Position numbers and translations under genes: made by a program
Origin: the human T2T-CHM13v2.0 reference genome, Homo sapiens
Length of the DNA stretch: 64,000 nt
NCBI RefSeq assembly: GCF_009914755.1
Contig: NC_060932.1
Reading direction: 5' to 3' (one strand)
Shown: one piece after another, positions 34,777 through 56,619 of the stretch
Layout of the letters: each line of letters opens with the position of its first letter
Numbering within the stretch: the first letter of the stretch is position 1
The notes under the pieces: generated by a model
Told to the model about the DNA's origin: nothing
Database searches by the model: none
The model's input: the letters and a program-made list of their open reading frames with translations, nothing else

Positions 34777-35873
34777 CTAGAGACAACAAGAAGAGAGGGA
34801 AAAAAGAAGAAATGATGTCGTTAGCTATCATTATCACAAAAAGGTAAGAAAACCTTCTGTTGAATGGGCAATTGCTAACTGCTAATCAACTAAGATGGAA
34901 TCGCTCAAGAAAAAATACCCACGAAGAAAGTATGTCAAGATTTTTACCTTCCCCACTCCTCCCTTTCTCAACAACACACAGAATTAAGCAGTCTAAAACA
35001 ATTCTATAATGTAGCCACAAAAGTTCCATTTTATTTGGAAAAAGCAAACACAAGTAAATCCAACATTTTCCATGCTAGAGCAATGGATTATCGGATCGGA
35101 AATATGTATTTCAAAATAATATATGGGAAGAATTTTCTATTGTAGTTGTTTTTCTATTTTTCCTACAACAAACATAATCATTATATATTTAAAACCAATG
35201 CCAGGGGGAGAACAACCAGAAGGGGATTAATTTCCTGTGCTCAAAGGTAAAGTATTTCTAGGTAAATGGAAACATAAGACGGCGATACAGATTTTACTTT
35301 CAACCACCATTCGAAGTGGGTCATTAGAACAAGATCAAACCAAGTTCCCAAATCAGTTAAATGCTGTTACTTTCTTCACTTATTTGCAGTAGTATCTGCA
35401 ATACTTGGTAAAGGCAACTAAAAAGTGTAAGTTCCTAGCATACTGAGAGGCTAGGTCTACAGGACCAGGTTCTTTTTATGCCGGGTCTAGGAAAAGGATA
35501 GCAGTAATTAGGTGCTTAATGAAGACTTTTTAATGATAACAGCTTCACCCAGGTTTTACCCAGCACTCCCCATAAATCTAAGCCAAAGACCTTGACTTAA
35601 CTGTGAGGAAAAGAACCTAACTAGTTTAGGATAGCTGTAGAAAATAGTAAATCCAGAAAGAAGGTTCTGAAAAGGAGCAGGCTTAACCTCAAGGCTGAGC
35701 TGAGTTTGGTGGCTGGAAGCAAAGGCGGGTGCTATGAAACTCCCAGCGTAATAAACTGGAGTCATCGTCTTTTTAAGGAATCATATCCTTGAATATAGCA
35801 CAGCAAAATCCACCCTTACTCCTACCCCACTCCCTTTAGCCCCGTATCCACCCAGAGGAGCCCCGTTCCCTAC

Positions 35874-36050
35874 CTGTGGAATAGCACAGAAGTTAAACAC
35901 ACTCTGGTTTCTGAGTCTCGAAAGGTAGGTGATGACATCTGGGATGTGGTGCAGTGCATTGGTTATAAGTTCATTCAGGCACTGCACGGCCAAGTCAATA
36001 TTCTCCGGCTTAGCAAAATCCCCTAACTTCTTAACATACCTGCTCCAAAC
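35874..36050 (-). CDS. FDFT1: Squalene synthase coding exon 6 (FCAIPQ motif)
   Basis: VWSRYVKKLGDFAKPENIDLAVQCLNELITNALHHIPDVITYLSRLRNQSVFNFCAIPQ; 177 nt. Confidence 0.99.
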
Positions 36051-36227
36051 CTAGACAGATAAGAAGATTAAGGAACAGGTCAGCGTGTGCATAGGGGAGA
36101 ATTTACAAACAATATTAAAGGGTCTTTGTGCATAAGAACTATGATACAGGCTGGGCGCCGTGGCTCACGCCTGTAATCCCAGCACTTTGGGAGGCCGAGG
36201 AGGGTGGATCACGAGGTCAGGAGTTCA

Positions 36228-36503
<276 letters not shown>

Positions 36504-36949
36504 TCACGAAGATCAAGTTCATTTTAAGCTCCATGCAATAGCTATTTCTGACTACCAGTAAGTGTCCAGTTGCAACCTGGAAGTGAGTTACGTATTGGGG
36601 AGCATGTCCCGAGGGACAACTAGTGCAACACTGCACTACTTGGACGAATTCAGGCTAAAGAGGCTCCTGTTAGAGCTACTGGCCTACTTCTGAAAAAAAT
36701 AACCCAATATACAAAAACAGTTATAATTGTACTGCAGACTAAACAGTAAACCTTCTCAAGATGGCCAGGCCTCTAAATAATGACTAACATTATATTCCTA
36801 CTCTGGTAAGAATGCTGCTGAAAGGCATAGCTGGGAAATGAGCTGAGTCTATCCTCTAAGTGTATTACACCTCCCTGGATCCTGATAACTTCAAAGTGAA
36901 ATAAAACCTTTAATTCTAACAGTGGGATTCGGCTTGATGATTTTTAATG

Positions 36950-37565
36950 ATATTATTTAGAGGATTCTCTGAAGCTAGCGAAAGTTCTGGAAACATAGTG
37001 TTGATGGTTATATAACATCATTAATGTACTTAATGCCACTGAATAATAGACTTAAAAATAGTTAAAATGGCAAATTCTCTATTATGTACATTTATTATAA
37101 ATAAAATGTTAAGTATATATACATACAGTTAAAAAGAGATAACAACAAGTGCTGGTGAAACTGGGACTCTCACACTGCTGACGGGAATGTAAAATGGTGG
37201 AGCGACCTTGGAAAAGCGTCTGGCAGCTCCTCACAAGGTTCGAGCTGCTGTATGAACCAGCAATTCCACTTCTCAGCATAGACCCAAGAAAAAGGAAAAC
37301 ACACATCTACACAAAACCTTATATGCAAATGTACACAGTACTATTCACCATAGCCAAAAAAAATGGGAAGAACCCAAATATCCTCCAACTGATGAATGGA
37401 TAAATGTGGTCTATCCACACAGTGGAATAATACTAGGCGATAAAAAGGAATAAAGCAGTGATGCAATGCCCCAGCATGGAGGAGCCCTGAAAACATGCTA
37501 GCAAAAGAAGCCAATCACCTAGGACCACATTTGGCATGATTCAACTACTACGAAATGTCCAGAAC
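36950..37565 (+). mobile_element. Old L1M (L1MB-like) 3' fragments
   Basis: CCAGCAATTCCACTTCT...GATGAATGGATAAA...AAAAGGAAT motifs of the L1 3' region. Confidence 0.7.
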
Positions 37566-39629
37566 CTTTACTAAGCACTCTATGCTAGAAGTTCATCTCA
37601 TTTTATTCACACCACCACCGTGTGGTAGAAATGATGCTATTTTACAGATAAAGTAAGTGAATGAGAAGAGCAGGGCTCTGCTCCTGTGTGTGCAAGATGG
37701 TGTGGCTCACGCTCGTGCATCACATGCCCGTGGCTGATGTTCTGTCTGGGAGACAATGGAACAGTGGTCAGGGGCTGGCCTAGGAGCCGGGAGACTGAGA
37801 CTCCACTTCCAAGGCAGCCACTCCCTCAGTATACATCCCCAGACAATCCCCTTCCCTTCTCTGAGCCCTGTGTCTGCAAAAGAGGGGTAAGACAAGAGTG
37901 GTTTCTCAACCCTGGCTGCACACGAGTCACCTAGGAAACTTAAAAGGCCATGTCTGAGCTGAGGGAAGTGTTTTTTGTTTTTTTGTTGTTGTTTGTTTGT
38001 TTTGAGACAAGGGTTTTGCTCTGTCTCCCAGGCTGCTAGAATGCAGTGGTGTGATCATGGTTCACTGCAGCCTTGAACTCCTGGGCTCAGGCAATCCTCC
38101 TGCCTCAACCTCCCAAGGAGCGAGAACTATAGGGGTGTGTCACTATACCCAGCTAATTTTTGATTTTTTTTTTTTAAATGGAGTCTCACATCAGCCTCCC
38201 AAGTAGCTGGCCCTACCAGCGTATGCCACCACACTTGGCTAATTTTTGTAATTTTAGTAGAGACGGAGTTTTGCCATGTTGGCCAGGCTGTTCTCAAACA
38301 CCTGACCTCAAGTGATCCACTCACCTGGGCTTCCCAAAGTGCTGGGATTATAGGCAGGAGTCACTGTGCCCGGCCAATTTTTACTGTTTTTTTTTTTTTG
38401 TTTTGTTTTGTTTTGTTTTAAGAGATAAGGTCTCACTACGTTGTCCAGGCTGGTCTCGATACCCTGGCTTCAGTGATCTTCCTGCCTTGGTCTCCCAGTG
38501 TTGAGATTACAGGCGTGAGCCACCTTGCCCAGCCCCCAGAGTAGTTTAAATGTGAATTTTTCTTAGGAGTAAGACTCAGCATCTTTTCAGATTTTTAATA
38601 ATCATCTGTGTGTCTCTTCCTGTGAACAATCTTGTTCTTATCTCCTTGCCCATTTTTCTGTGGGGCAGTTGGCCTTTTTCTTAACTTTTAGAAGTTTTTT
38701 TTAATATTAGGAATATGAACCCTGTATCTGCTCTATGAATTGCAAATATTGTTTCCCTCTGTCACTTTTTTTTTTTCTTGAGACAGTTTCATTCTGCCAC
38801 CGAGGCTGGAGTGCAGTGGTGTGATTACAACTCAATCCAACCTTGAGCTCCTGCGCTCAAGGGATCCTTGTGCCTTAGCCTCCCGAATACCTAGGAATAC
38901 AGGTGCATGCCAACATGCCCAGTTAATCTTTTAAATTTAGTTTTATTTTTTCTACTTTCTTTAATTTTTATTTTTGCTCTTTCAGCAGAATCATTTTCTA
39001 ACAATTTTTTATAGAGCTGGTATCTTGCTGTGTTGCTCAGGCTGGTCTTGAACTCCTGGCCTCAGCACTGGGATTATAAGTACGAGACACCACACTTAGC
39101 CTCACCCGTCTTTTTAAAACTTTAAAGTACTTGGCTGCAGGAAACACTTTTATGGAAAGCAAAAGGTAAATGCTGGAATAAATTCAGGGAACAGTCATAA
39201 AATTTTCTACTTTCCTTCTGAACAAAATCAGTATCAAAAGCTTTCTGTTCCCTGTCCATGTTTTAATTAAAGATCGACCCTGTCCCTTATTACAGACACC
39301 TGGAGTTTTTGTCTACCTGCCATCCCTTTCCCCTTCCTGCTGCAGAATTCTTTCTTTGGGGGAAATCCATTCTGTGTGTACTGTGTAGACGTAATCCAGG
39401 CGAGGCCAGAGAACTCAGCTGTGTAGCAACAGTAACTGATTCAGGGCTGAGCAGAAGAACCAAGCCCTTCCTCTTCTTTTGAGAGGGAGTCTCACTCTGT
39501 CGCCCAGGCTGGAGTGCAGTGGCACAATCTGAGCTCACCGCAATCTCTGCTTCCTGGGTTCAAGCGATTCTCCTGCCTCAGCCTCCCAGGTAGCTGGGAT
39601 TACAAGCCCTTGCCACCACGCCCGGCTAA

Positions 39630-39797
<168 letters not shown>

Positions 39798-40079
39798 TAG
39801 TGCACATGGGTTGTTACCATATCCACCACTTGGAGAAAGACCGTCTGAAAGAAATCAAGGACAGCAAGGCTTGAATATACTGATTACGTGGTGTGAATCC
39901 TGGGAGTCAGCCAGTCTACCTGAAGCAAACTCATGTCAATCTATCCTATTTTCCACATCCCCTTATGCTGCCTGGGGGAGGCCTGACTTGTTTTTCTGTC
40001 ACCCGCAACCACAAGAGTTAAAGGATTTTTCAGAGAATGTCTAAAGTTATTTTCCCCCAAAATACCCTGAATCTGTTAC

Positions 40080-40271
40080 CTCTTGAGGCCAGAACTCTCT
40101 TCCTCCTTGCTGGTCTTCCAGATAGTCACGGATGATGTTTGTTTTCTGCAGAAACAGGCCCATAGAGTTGGCACGTTCTGTATCTTCACCAACTAAGGGG
40201 TCTTCAAACTCTGAGGCTGAGAAAAGACGGGAAAGGCCAATTCCGACCAGCCCAGCAACATAGTGGCAGTA
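40080..40271 (-). CDS. FDFT1: Squalene synthase coding exon 5 ([10 protein letters not shown] and second Asp-rich motif, DYLED)
   Basis: [64 protein letters not shown]; 192 nt. Confidence 0.99.
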
Positions 40272-40755
40272 CTGTAAGAGACGATTTTTAAAGCACTTTA
40301 ATAATGGAATTTTTACTGAAATGGACACACTAGAGATCATTAGCTACAAAAAAGCAGGTTCAAAAGAGAATGGGTAAGAATGCATTTTGATTTTAAAATA
40401 CAAATATACATACCAGGATTTAAAAAACATTCAAGAAGGATGTGCTCAAAACATTTCACAGCAGTCTCTGGCTGACGGGAATTTGATGTTTTTATTTTTC
40501 ACTTGTATTTTCCAAATTTCTACAATACACATGTACTGCTACTATAATAAAAGGCTACTGAAAAAAACTAGTAAACATTTTTTTATTTTTATTTTTTATT
40601 TTTTTTTTGAGATGGAGTCTCATATATTTGCCCACGTTAGACTCAAACTACTGGACCCAAGCAATCTTTCTGCCTCAGCTTCCCGAACAGCTGGGATTGT
40701 AGGCAAATACCACCGTGTCTAGCTTTACAATAACTTTTTTTTTTTTTTTTTTTGA

Positions 40756-40863
<108 letters not shown>

Positions 40864-40866
40864 TAG

Positions 40867-41136
<270 letters not shown>

Positions 41137-41258
41137 TAATCTTTTTTTGACCAATCTGATAACATGTCAAGATCCGCAGGCCCTCAAAATCATCATTATA
41201 TGAAAGAACAAATAACTATTTTATGTTCTTGACACTGTTTTAAGAACTCTGCACATTC

Positions 41259-41575
<317 letters not shown>

Positions 41576-42339
41576 TCAATCCTCACAAACATTGTATCAG
41601 GTACATAGCAGTATGATCTCCATTTCAGATGAGGAAACTGAGGCACAAAGAAGTCGATTTAACTTGCCCAACATTGCCCATGTGAGAAAAAAAAAAAATT
41701 AGCCAGGCACAGTGACACAGGCCAGTGGTCCCAGTTACTCAGGGGGCTGAAGTAGGAGGCTCGCTTGAACCCAGGAAGGTTCAAGGGGCTGCCGTGTCTG
41801 TGGCAGGGGCTAAGAGTTCAAAACTAGGTAGTATGACTTAAGTGTCAGGCTTTAACAACTTTGCTAAAACTTCCCCTTTTCTTTTTAGTTTTTCTTTTAG
41901 AGACAACGTAACTTCCCCTCTCTCAACAGAGATTTCAGTAAATGCAACTCTTAATTGCCAAATACTTTTTTTTTCCACGACAGCAATTTGTCAAAAGCTG
42001 TCCTCCTCTGAAAAGGGTATCCTAAGACAACTTAATGCAATATCCACATACAATAATTGTCTATTAGTTAACTTAAGAAGCAAAAGTAAAGAAGGTAAGC
42101 TCTGGAGTGTCATTAGGAAGGGTAAAAGTTAGGAAATGACCGAAGTTCACGCCTGTAATCCCGGAATTTTGGGAGGCTGTGGAGAGGGGACTGCTTGAGC
42201 CCAAGAGTTTTAGACCAGCCTGGCCAACAAAGCAAGACCTCATCTCTGTAAAAAATTTTAAAAGGCTGAGTGTAGTGGCTCACACCTGGGAGGCTAAGGC
42301 AGGTGAATCGCTTGAGCCCAGGAGCTCAAGACCAGCCTA

Positions 42340-42492
<153 letters not shown>

Positions 42493-44415
42493 CTACACTC
42501 CAGCCTGGGTGACAGAGCAATACCCTGTCTCAAAAATAATAAAAATTAAAATAAATTAGCCAGGCATGGTGGCAACGTGCCTGTGGTCCCAGTTACTCAG
42601 GAGGCTGAGGGCAAGGAAGATTGCTTGAGCCCAGAAGGTCAAGGCTGCCTTGTCTGTGCCACTGCATTCCAGTCTGGGTGACAGAGTGAGACCCTGTCTC
42701 AAAAAAAAAAAGTCGTCTCTGACTGAAAGTAATACAAAGCCAGAGACTAATCAGGGGGAAGAATGCACAGGTGAAGAGAAAGCACTTGAAATTTGTTCTG
42801 GGACAAAAGTAACATGAAAAGAGTGAAATCTTGCTGAAATTAGGTAGACAGAAATTGGCTTTGGACAGCTATACAAAATCTTCAAAAGAATTACTAGAAA
42901 TTTAAAAAAAAATTAGTATATCTATAGTACTATCCAAAAATATATTTGAAGATAATAGTTCTTTTGGTAGAAATACTCCTAAAATGGAGACTTATATAAT
43001 TCATCTTCCCCCAAAGTAGAAGAAAAAAAATAACTCCTTGAAATAATTGGCTGGTCATGCCTGTAATCCCAACATTTGAGAGGCCAGAGTGGGAGGACTG
43101 TTTGATGCCAGGAGTTTGAGACTAGCCTGGGCAACATGGCAAAACCCTCTCTCTACAAAAAATGTACAAAAATGAGCCTGGTATGGTGTCATGCACTGTA
43201 GTTACAGCTACTCGGTAGGCTGAGGTGGGAGGATCACCTGAGCCCAGGAGGTTGAGGCTGCGGGGAGCCGTGATCACACCACTACACACCAGCCTGGATA
43301 ACAGCAAGACCCTGTCTCAAAAAAAATTTTTTTAAATTCAATTTTATCTGATCAAAACTTCTATTCAACAACCTAAAATTAAGTTTCCTGAATAAATCTG
43401 CACAACAGAAAATGAGTTACTATCATAACCAGTGCTGGTTCTTGGCCAGAAGTTTTAACTTCAACTTTATTTTCTTTCAGATGGTGTCTTGCTCTGTCAC
43501 CCACGTTGGAGTGCAGTGGCACAATCATGGCTCACTGCAACCTTCAACTCTTGGGCTCAAGCAATCCTCCCACACCTCAGCCTCCAGAGTAGCTGGGACC
43601 ACAGGCACATGCCACCAATTCCCTGCTCATTTTTTAATTTTTTGAAAGACGGGGTCTCGCTATGTTGCTTAGGCTTGTGTCTAACTCCTGGGCTCAAATG
43701 ATCCTCCCACCTCAGCCTCCCAAAGTGCTGAGATTACAGGTAAACCATAGTACCCGGCTAACTTCACCTTAAATGCAGAAATTGATTTCTAGCAGTCATT
43801 GTATGCTGTTAACTTAGGAAGCACAAATCAGCAGTTCCAAAGATAACTGCTGTCAAGTTTTGAGGTTTGAAAAATTAAGAGGCCCAAGACCTTGGACCTA
43901 CACTAACGTAGTGACCATGTAGCAGCATCTTTTCGGAGATCCTAATTTAAGCACAGTTAAAAGGTATGAAATACATCAACACTTTAGATGTCTGAAATGT
44001 CTCTGCCTGCTAAATCTGATTGGCTTTAAAATAAATAAATAAAATGTCTTTACTTCCACAGAAGTGATGAGTAAGTCTCACAAACACCATTCCTATGAAA
44101 AATAGGCAAGACTCCTAACCCTACCTTATGTTTTGATGTGTAGTTTTAATCTTCATGGTCAATTACATCCCTTTGTCTAGATAAGCACTTCTCTCCAGTA
44201 CCCTACTCCTAGCCTGGCTGATATCCTACATAGCTGCTGGTTTGGAATTAACTCTGGAATAAACTGTTTATGATGAGACATTCAACCTAAACAGATGAAT
44301 TGTAAAACCAGAGGGGCTGAAAATACTGGACAACTTTTCTTGTTCTGAGCTTCACTATGAGGACTGCCAGCTCTGTCTAATACATCACACACAGACACTG
44401 TTTTATGAGACTAAC

Positions 44416-44544
44416 CTTGTCCCACTCCTGTTCAGAGGTCACATGCTTATCCAAAAACTCTGCCATCCCAATGCCCATTCTCCGGCAAATGTCGGCAATC
44501 ACTGTTTGGTATTTCTCAGCCAGATTTCTAAACTCAAGGGAGAT
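44416..44544 (-). CDS. FDFT1: Squalene synthase coding exon 4
   Basis: ISLEFRNLAEKYQTVIADICRRMGIGMAEFLDKHVTSEQEWDK; 129 nt; phase 0. Confidence 0.99.
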
Positions 44545-44638
44545 CTGAAATGGAAACCGTAAAAACACAGAAATCATGAAATATGTACAGACATGGCACC
44601 AAAGATCACAAGGCAAACAATGGCGAAATTAATCATGA

Positions 44639-44920
<282 letters not shown>

Positions 44921-45199
44921 TGATCCACTAGCCCTGGCCTCCCAAACTGCTGGGATTACAGGCATAAGCCACTGAGCCCGGCCTCATGTTTCTTATTATT
45001 TCATAAATTTCATAAATATTAAAATAGAATGGTCTAAAAATGCTAATGTTTCTAGATTCAAAAGAAGATTCAAAGTCTCACTACACATTTCATCTTTCCA
45101 ATGTATAATGAGATGCTTCAACATAAAGCTGGGTGTAAGTTTTTGGGAGAACAGCTTGTTTAGAGAAACCTCATTATGAGAAAGATTCATTTGTGCAAA

Positions 45200-51470
<6,271 letters not shown>

Positions 51471-53064
51471 AGATCTGCCAACCATTTTCTCATTAGTTAC
51501 CCAATTTATATTATGAAGCTATAGAGTTTCTCTCACTATTAAGGCTATACTTTTAAATTCATTAAACAACTCAGTATGAGGCATGCTGCCCAATACTTTT
51601 TCCATAGTCCAAGCCCTAATGTAAAAAAGTTGAATTGATGTTTTTAAAATTTATTGTTACTGCCCAAATATCTTGTTTTAAGTTCAAAGAATTGTTTATA
51701 GGTTAGCAAAATACAATACAAAAACACCATGGGAAGTCTTAAAACATGAGAGCCTACAGATAATACTGCAAACAGTGAAGAGATTTGGTTAAACATTGAA
51801 AGTATGCAATATACCTGGTCTGTGTTTACAGAAAAGTTAGAAAAACTTCCTCGGAATACACCTAAAATTAAGAGCCCAGAGGAAAACCAGGTGGCCGGCT
51901 GATTGCAACATACCAGGAATACACATAATTTAGGATTTCTGATTAACATCAACTGTCAATACCCCCATGTCCCTCCAAAAAAAAAAAAAAAAACCTATAA
52001 AATCAATCTGGTACTTCCAGAACTTTCCAAAAAGTTTTTCTTTGCACAACAGCTGTTCAAGCCAATGTCAAAAGGTAATTCCTTCTTGTGGCTGAAACAA
52101 ACCAGTGATTCTACAAGAGGTTATTAGAATCCCTGAATCTCCGCTGGACTCTGCTCATTCCACAGATCCTTGGTTAGACCAGTTCTATTTATTAGAGAGG
52201 AAAGGTCAATGAGGGTGGGAAGGAGCTTAGACTCCTCCAAAACACTTTCACTTCTGAACTTCACCTATCCTTCCAACGACTTTTTATTATTTATTACGTA
52301 ATTGTACAGTTCTAAAAGTAAAAACAAAAATATACAGGAGAAAGTGACAATGAAGGGGTCCACGTTTTCCCCAGAAACCCAGAGGAGGACAGGGCTTTCC
52401 TGACTCCGCACTCAGTGCCCAGTTTCATATGTTCCCCGGGTACGACCATAAGCCGTGACATGTGAATTGAGCCAGGAGGGCTTTTTCCGCTTCCAGGTAA
52501 TTCTGTTTCACAACACAGTAGATTTCTATGTTCTCAGATCACTTTCTGATGGTTCCAAGTACAAGAAGGAAGGTCCCAGAGCGAGTTCACAGGGATAATG
52601 GAGAAAGGCCAAATCCCACATAGAGGGTAAGAGTAGCAGGGAATACAGATACAAATTCCTCTGATTAGAAACCTTAGAGGTAGTAAAGTATGCGAGTGAC
52701 TCAGCACAAGAGATCTGAAGCCAGACCTTCCAGATTCATTGATTCTGTCACTTAACTTCACGGGTAATCCTAGGCAAAGTACTTAATTTCTCTGTGCCTC
52801 AGTTTCCTCATCTAGATAAAATGTAGATAACAGTACATTATGTACTAGGTAATTTCCCTGTTAAACGATATTATAGATCAAATAACACAAAGAGTAAATT
52901 AACGATGAAATATATTTAGTAAGTAACTCATAGTAAAATGCTCAATAAGTGAACACTATTATTGCTATTATCATTTAAAAATAAGGCTGTATTATTACTT
53001 AAGCTATGTTTACAGGTAGACTTCTAAGCCTTCTAGCTTTCCACTAGTACCAGGTGAGAAAGAT

Positions 53065-53402
53065 ACGTGCTCATGTACTGTATAATGATGTTTCAGTCAA
53101 CGGAGACTGGAAATACAATGGTGGGCCCTTAAGACTGTAACACCCTGTTTTTACTATACCTTTTCTATGTTTAAATACACAAATACTTACCACTGTGCTC
53201 CAATTGCCTACAGTATTCAGTACAGTACCATCCTGTAGAGATGTGCAAGCAATGGCCTGTACCACAGAGCCTACGTCTGTAGTAGCTATGCCATCTTGGT
53301 ATGTGTAAGTACACTCTATGATGTTCACAGAATGATGAAATCATCTATCAATGCGTTTCTCAGAATGTATCCTGTGGCCATTCATTAAGTGATGCATGAC
53401 TG
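53065..53402 (+). mobile_element. Tigger3-family (Tc1/mariner) MITE
   Basis: Ends in ...TTAAGtGAtGCATGACTG followed by TA; internal CAAATACTTACCA and GCCTACAGTATTCAGTACAG typical of Tigger3. Confidence 0.75.
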
Positions 53403-53739
53403 TACTCTAATCGAACCCCTAACATACAATGAGATTTCTAGAAAGCCTGACTTGAACTGGTATCAACTAATGATCACTAAAGTATAAAGGATCAGGTTCA
53501 ATCTACTGTACATCGAGGCGGAGGTCACTGGGTTAGAACACTGTATTGAGGCTTATTCCTAAATTCTGCAAGGCCTGGGATAAGAGGACAAATGGAGGCC
53601 CACATACTATATGTAGCTAAAAATTTAAAAATGATCAATCGAGCTAGTAACTTAAGTAAAATATATTGTATCCTCCTGCACTGACAAACATATCTTTGTA
53701 ACAACCTGGTTGATTCAGGTTTGAATTTAGAATTCTTAG

Positions 53740-54213
53740 TCCCTCAGAGTTTTATTCCAGAATGCAGCAGGGCACAGACAGCTGATCCCCATATCCCAGG
53801 CTCTTCCCTTCCACTGCTTCCTGAATCCCGCTCTCTCCAGCACTGGGAGGCACCTCACATTCATTTGAGAGGATATCCCAGCCCTCGGTGCCAGGATCCA
53901 TCCACAACACTCCCCAACACAGCCCTTGGCCATCACTCAGGCCCAAGGGCACAGTCAATGGTGGCACGTTCCCACCTGGAGGAGATGGACTGACCTTAGG
54001 AAATAGACTGTGCGGACGCAGACGTGGGCTCAGGGATTTGGGGCAAGGAACTCCAGATGTCCAGAACGTGGTACAGAAGGAGAGCCCACGAGAGCTGAAC
54101 AAGCACATTCCCATGGCCCCAGTGATCCCTCACCCCTTTGGGAGTGAGGGGGCCTAGAATGGGGCACTCTGAAGTGAGGAGTTTCACTTGCCCCAGTCTA
54201 AGAGCAGTACTGT
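53740..54213 (+). mobile_element. Probable MER115-like (hAT-Tip100) fragment
   Basis: 3' end TTGCCCcaGTCTAAGaGCaGTACTG resembles the recalled consensus terminus; 5' boundary uncertain. Confidence 0.45.
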
Positions 54214-55709
54214 GTGTGAGGCCAAGGTATCAGTCCTCTTTCACACTACTTGTTCCATCCTGGGACCTCTTAGCCAAAAGCTGATTGCAGGCCTAGCCCC
54301 AGACAACTGGTTTCAAAGACATACTGAGCTATATCAGCACATACACAAATCACTCCTTAAGAAGACAAGGCACTGTTAATTCCCATACAGTCCCATCTCA
54401 AACTGAATCACAGACTGGAGGGACCTACAACTCAAGTAGCTTAAAATTATATATGCACGCAAAACACACAACTTAGTACATCTTCATATTCGTAAGGATA
54501 CAAAAGGTGAACAACAGTGAAAACAGCCGTGCCTGGCTTACGCCTTCTGCTCCCTTTTACTCTTCCCGGGGCAACTGTGCTTTCAAGAGGATGGAATCTC
54601 TAACTCTACTACCCAAAAAAGAAAACGATGAGTTCAGTGTTCACATCTGAAACCTTCCAGAACTAAGCATTATTTTTCCACTGGAACACTGTATGAACAC
54701 AGGAAGACACTGAAGTTTCACAAACATGTTGGAATATCATCTGGAAATCTGACGGCGATATTCCCCAAAATTATGTTAGCATTCACACACTTTCATATTC
54801 CCTCACTTCTGCTGAGGGGATAGGGCTGCCTTGACTTAGCAATACCTAACACATTTATCCCATGCCCCAGAAATTTTTTAATTATTATGAATCCACTCAA
54901 GTCAAATGTAATTTGGCTGTTTCTAGAGGCTAGGTCCAGCTAGAATAATATTAGTTGTTTTTAAGTGAGAATGCACTTCCATTATAAATGGGGTATTACT
55001 ACTTCCTCTGCTTCAGCAGAATTCAGAGGCCCATCAATGAATCGCCACAGATTTCCCATCAAAGGAAACCCATCCTCTGGTCATCAGGTGTCCTGTGAGA
55101 GTCAAATCACCAGGACCTTCCCAGGGTTACAGTTCTAATTCTCACCCAGCTAGTCGTCATAAATTTTCTTTCTTCTCTTGAATTGTACTGTATAAACTCG
55201 AATTATTCTTCAGCTATTTTCTTCTCATTTGTATTCTGTTGTACTATATTTGGGCTTTGGTACTTAAGGTCTGATCTCAGCAATCTGAAACAGCCTTTGC
55301 ACCGCAAGAGTCTTCCCCAAACATTCCTTTTTTTTTTTTTTTTTTTTTTTTTAAATATTGCTCCCATTATGCCCAAGAATCAAAGATTCTTTTGTTTGGG
55401 TGGAGGACTCTCTGTCCACTTAGCTCCCTCCCAACTCAGCTACAGATTAGGTTTGTTTCAATAACATAAGGACTGTTCTCCAAAAGCTCTGGCAACTGTG
55501 GACAAAAAGGGCTTCTTCGAGCTATTACACAACATGTGACTTTGCTAAATCAAACCTTTATTTATAAGATATGGAAGAATCAGTTATTTGTGTGATAAGA
55601 CATGCGAATTCTAGGATAGTAGGACCTAGGCAGATGTCCACATGAACTTGAGGGACTTTAAAAATCTTAGGATTTTAACTATAACCCACTTTACTCCAAC
55701 AAAATAGAC

Positions 55710-56330
55710 CAAATAGCTAATACTTACAGAATACTTACCCTGTACCAGGCACTAAGTACTTTATATGTGCGAAATTAATCCTCTCAGCTCTAACTTTACA
55801 AACGAGGAGACGGAGACACAAAGCAGATAAGGAACTTGCCCAGGATCACAGGTGAAGTGGCAGAGGCTCGCCCTAGCTGCCAACAGACACCGCCCCCATG
55901 CCAGGCTGCTGCCCATCGTGAGCAGCAGTCCCATGCTACCAGGCTCCGGGTAGTCAAGAGGCCAGCAGTGTTACAGGTAGGCTGCATCATACAGTCGGCA
56001 GGCTTTTGTGAGCTAGCCTGAGAATCTTTCACAACACTAAAATTTGACTGCGTCTTCCCACAGGAAGAAACACTGGACTTCCAATACTGATAATAACAGC
56101 AGTAGCTAACATTCTAAGAGCATTACCTACGTTAATTCTTTGAATCCTCAGAATACCATGAGGTAGGTGTTATTATTACCCCTATTTTACAGATGAAGAA
56201 ACTGAGGCACAGAGAGTCTTTGTAAGTAACCAACAGTTTAGTAAGTGGGAGATTTGAGATTCCAACCCAGGCAGCCTGGCTTCAGAGTCTTGGCTACCGG
56301 AGTTTTTAACCCTCACATTATGCTGCCCTC
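55710..56330. repeat. Two MIR elements next to FDFT1 exon 3 (other MIRs at about 8180-8340, 27985-28130, 52700-52950)
   Basis: MIR core TTTTACAGATGAAGAAACTGAGGCACAGAGA and variants. Confidence 0.7.
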
Positions 56331-56435
56331 AGAATGCTTATTTAACCTTTCTCCACATGTATGGAGGCTACCGGACAACCACGTTAGCAATTATGAACAC
56401 AACAGTCCGTAGACAAGATGCGTAACCCCACTCAC

Positions 56436-56619
56436 CGTTGGGAAGTCCTCCAGCACCTGGCGATCCTTCTCCTTGCTCTCCATGAACCGCCAGTCTGGTT
56501 GGTAAAGGAAAGAGTGAAAGTTGTGTAACAGCGGGACCTTCTTTTCCACACTGATGGTCATGTCATCTTCCAGTGTGTCCAGAGCTCGGAGAACCAGATA
56601 AAATATGCACACTGCGTTG
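56436..56619 (-). CDS. FDFT1: Squalene synthase coding exon 3 (first Asp-rich motif, DTLED)
   Basis: NAVCIFYLVLRALDTLEDDMTISVEKKVPLLHNFHSFLYQPDWRFMESKEKDRQVLEDFPT; 184 nt. Confidence 0.99.

Noticed and set aside
34777-34810. Squalene-synthase-deficiency alleles (new AG upstream of exon 7; promoter SRE deletion near 63682-63697)
   Set aside because: The polypyrimidine tract reads TC at -24/-23 and the SRE-3-like element is intact; all FDFT1 exons are in frame.
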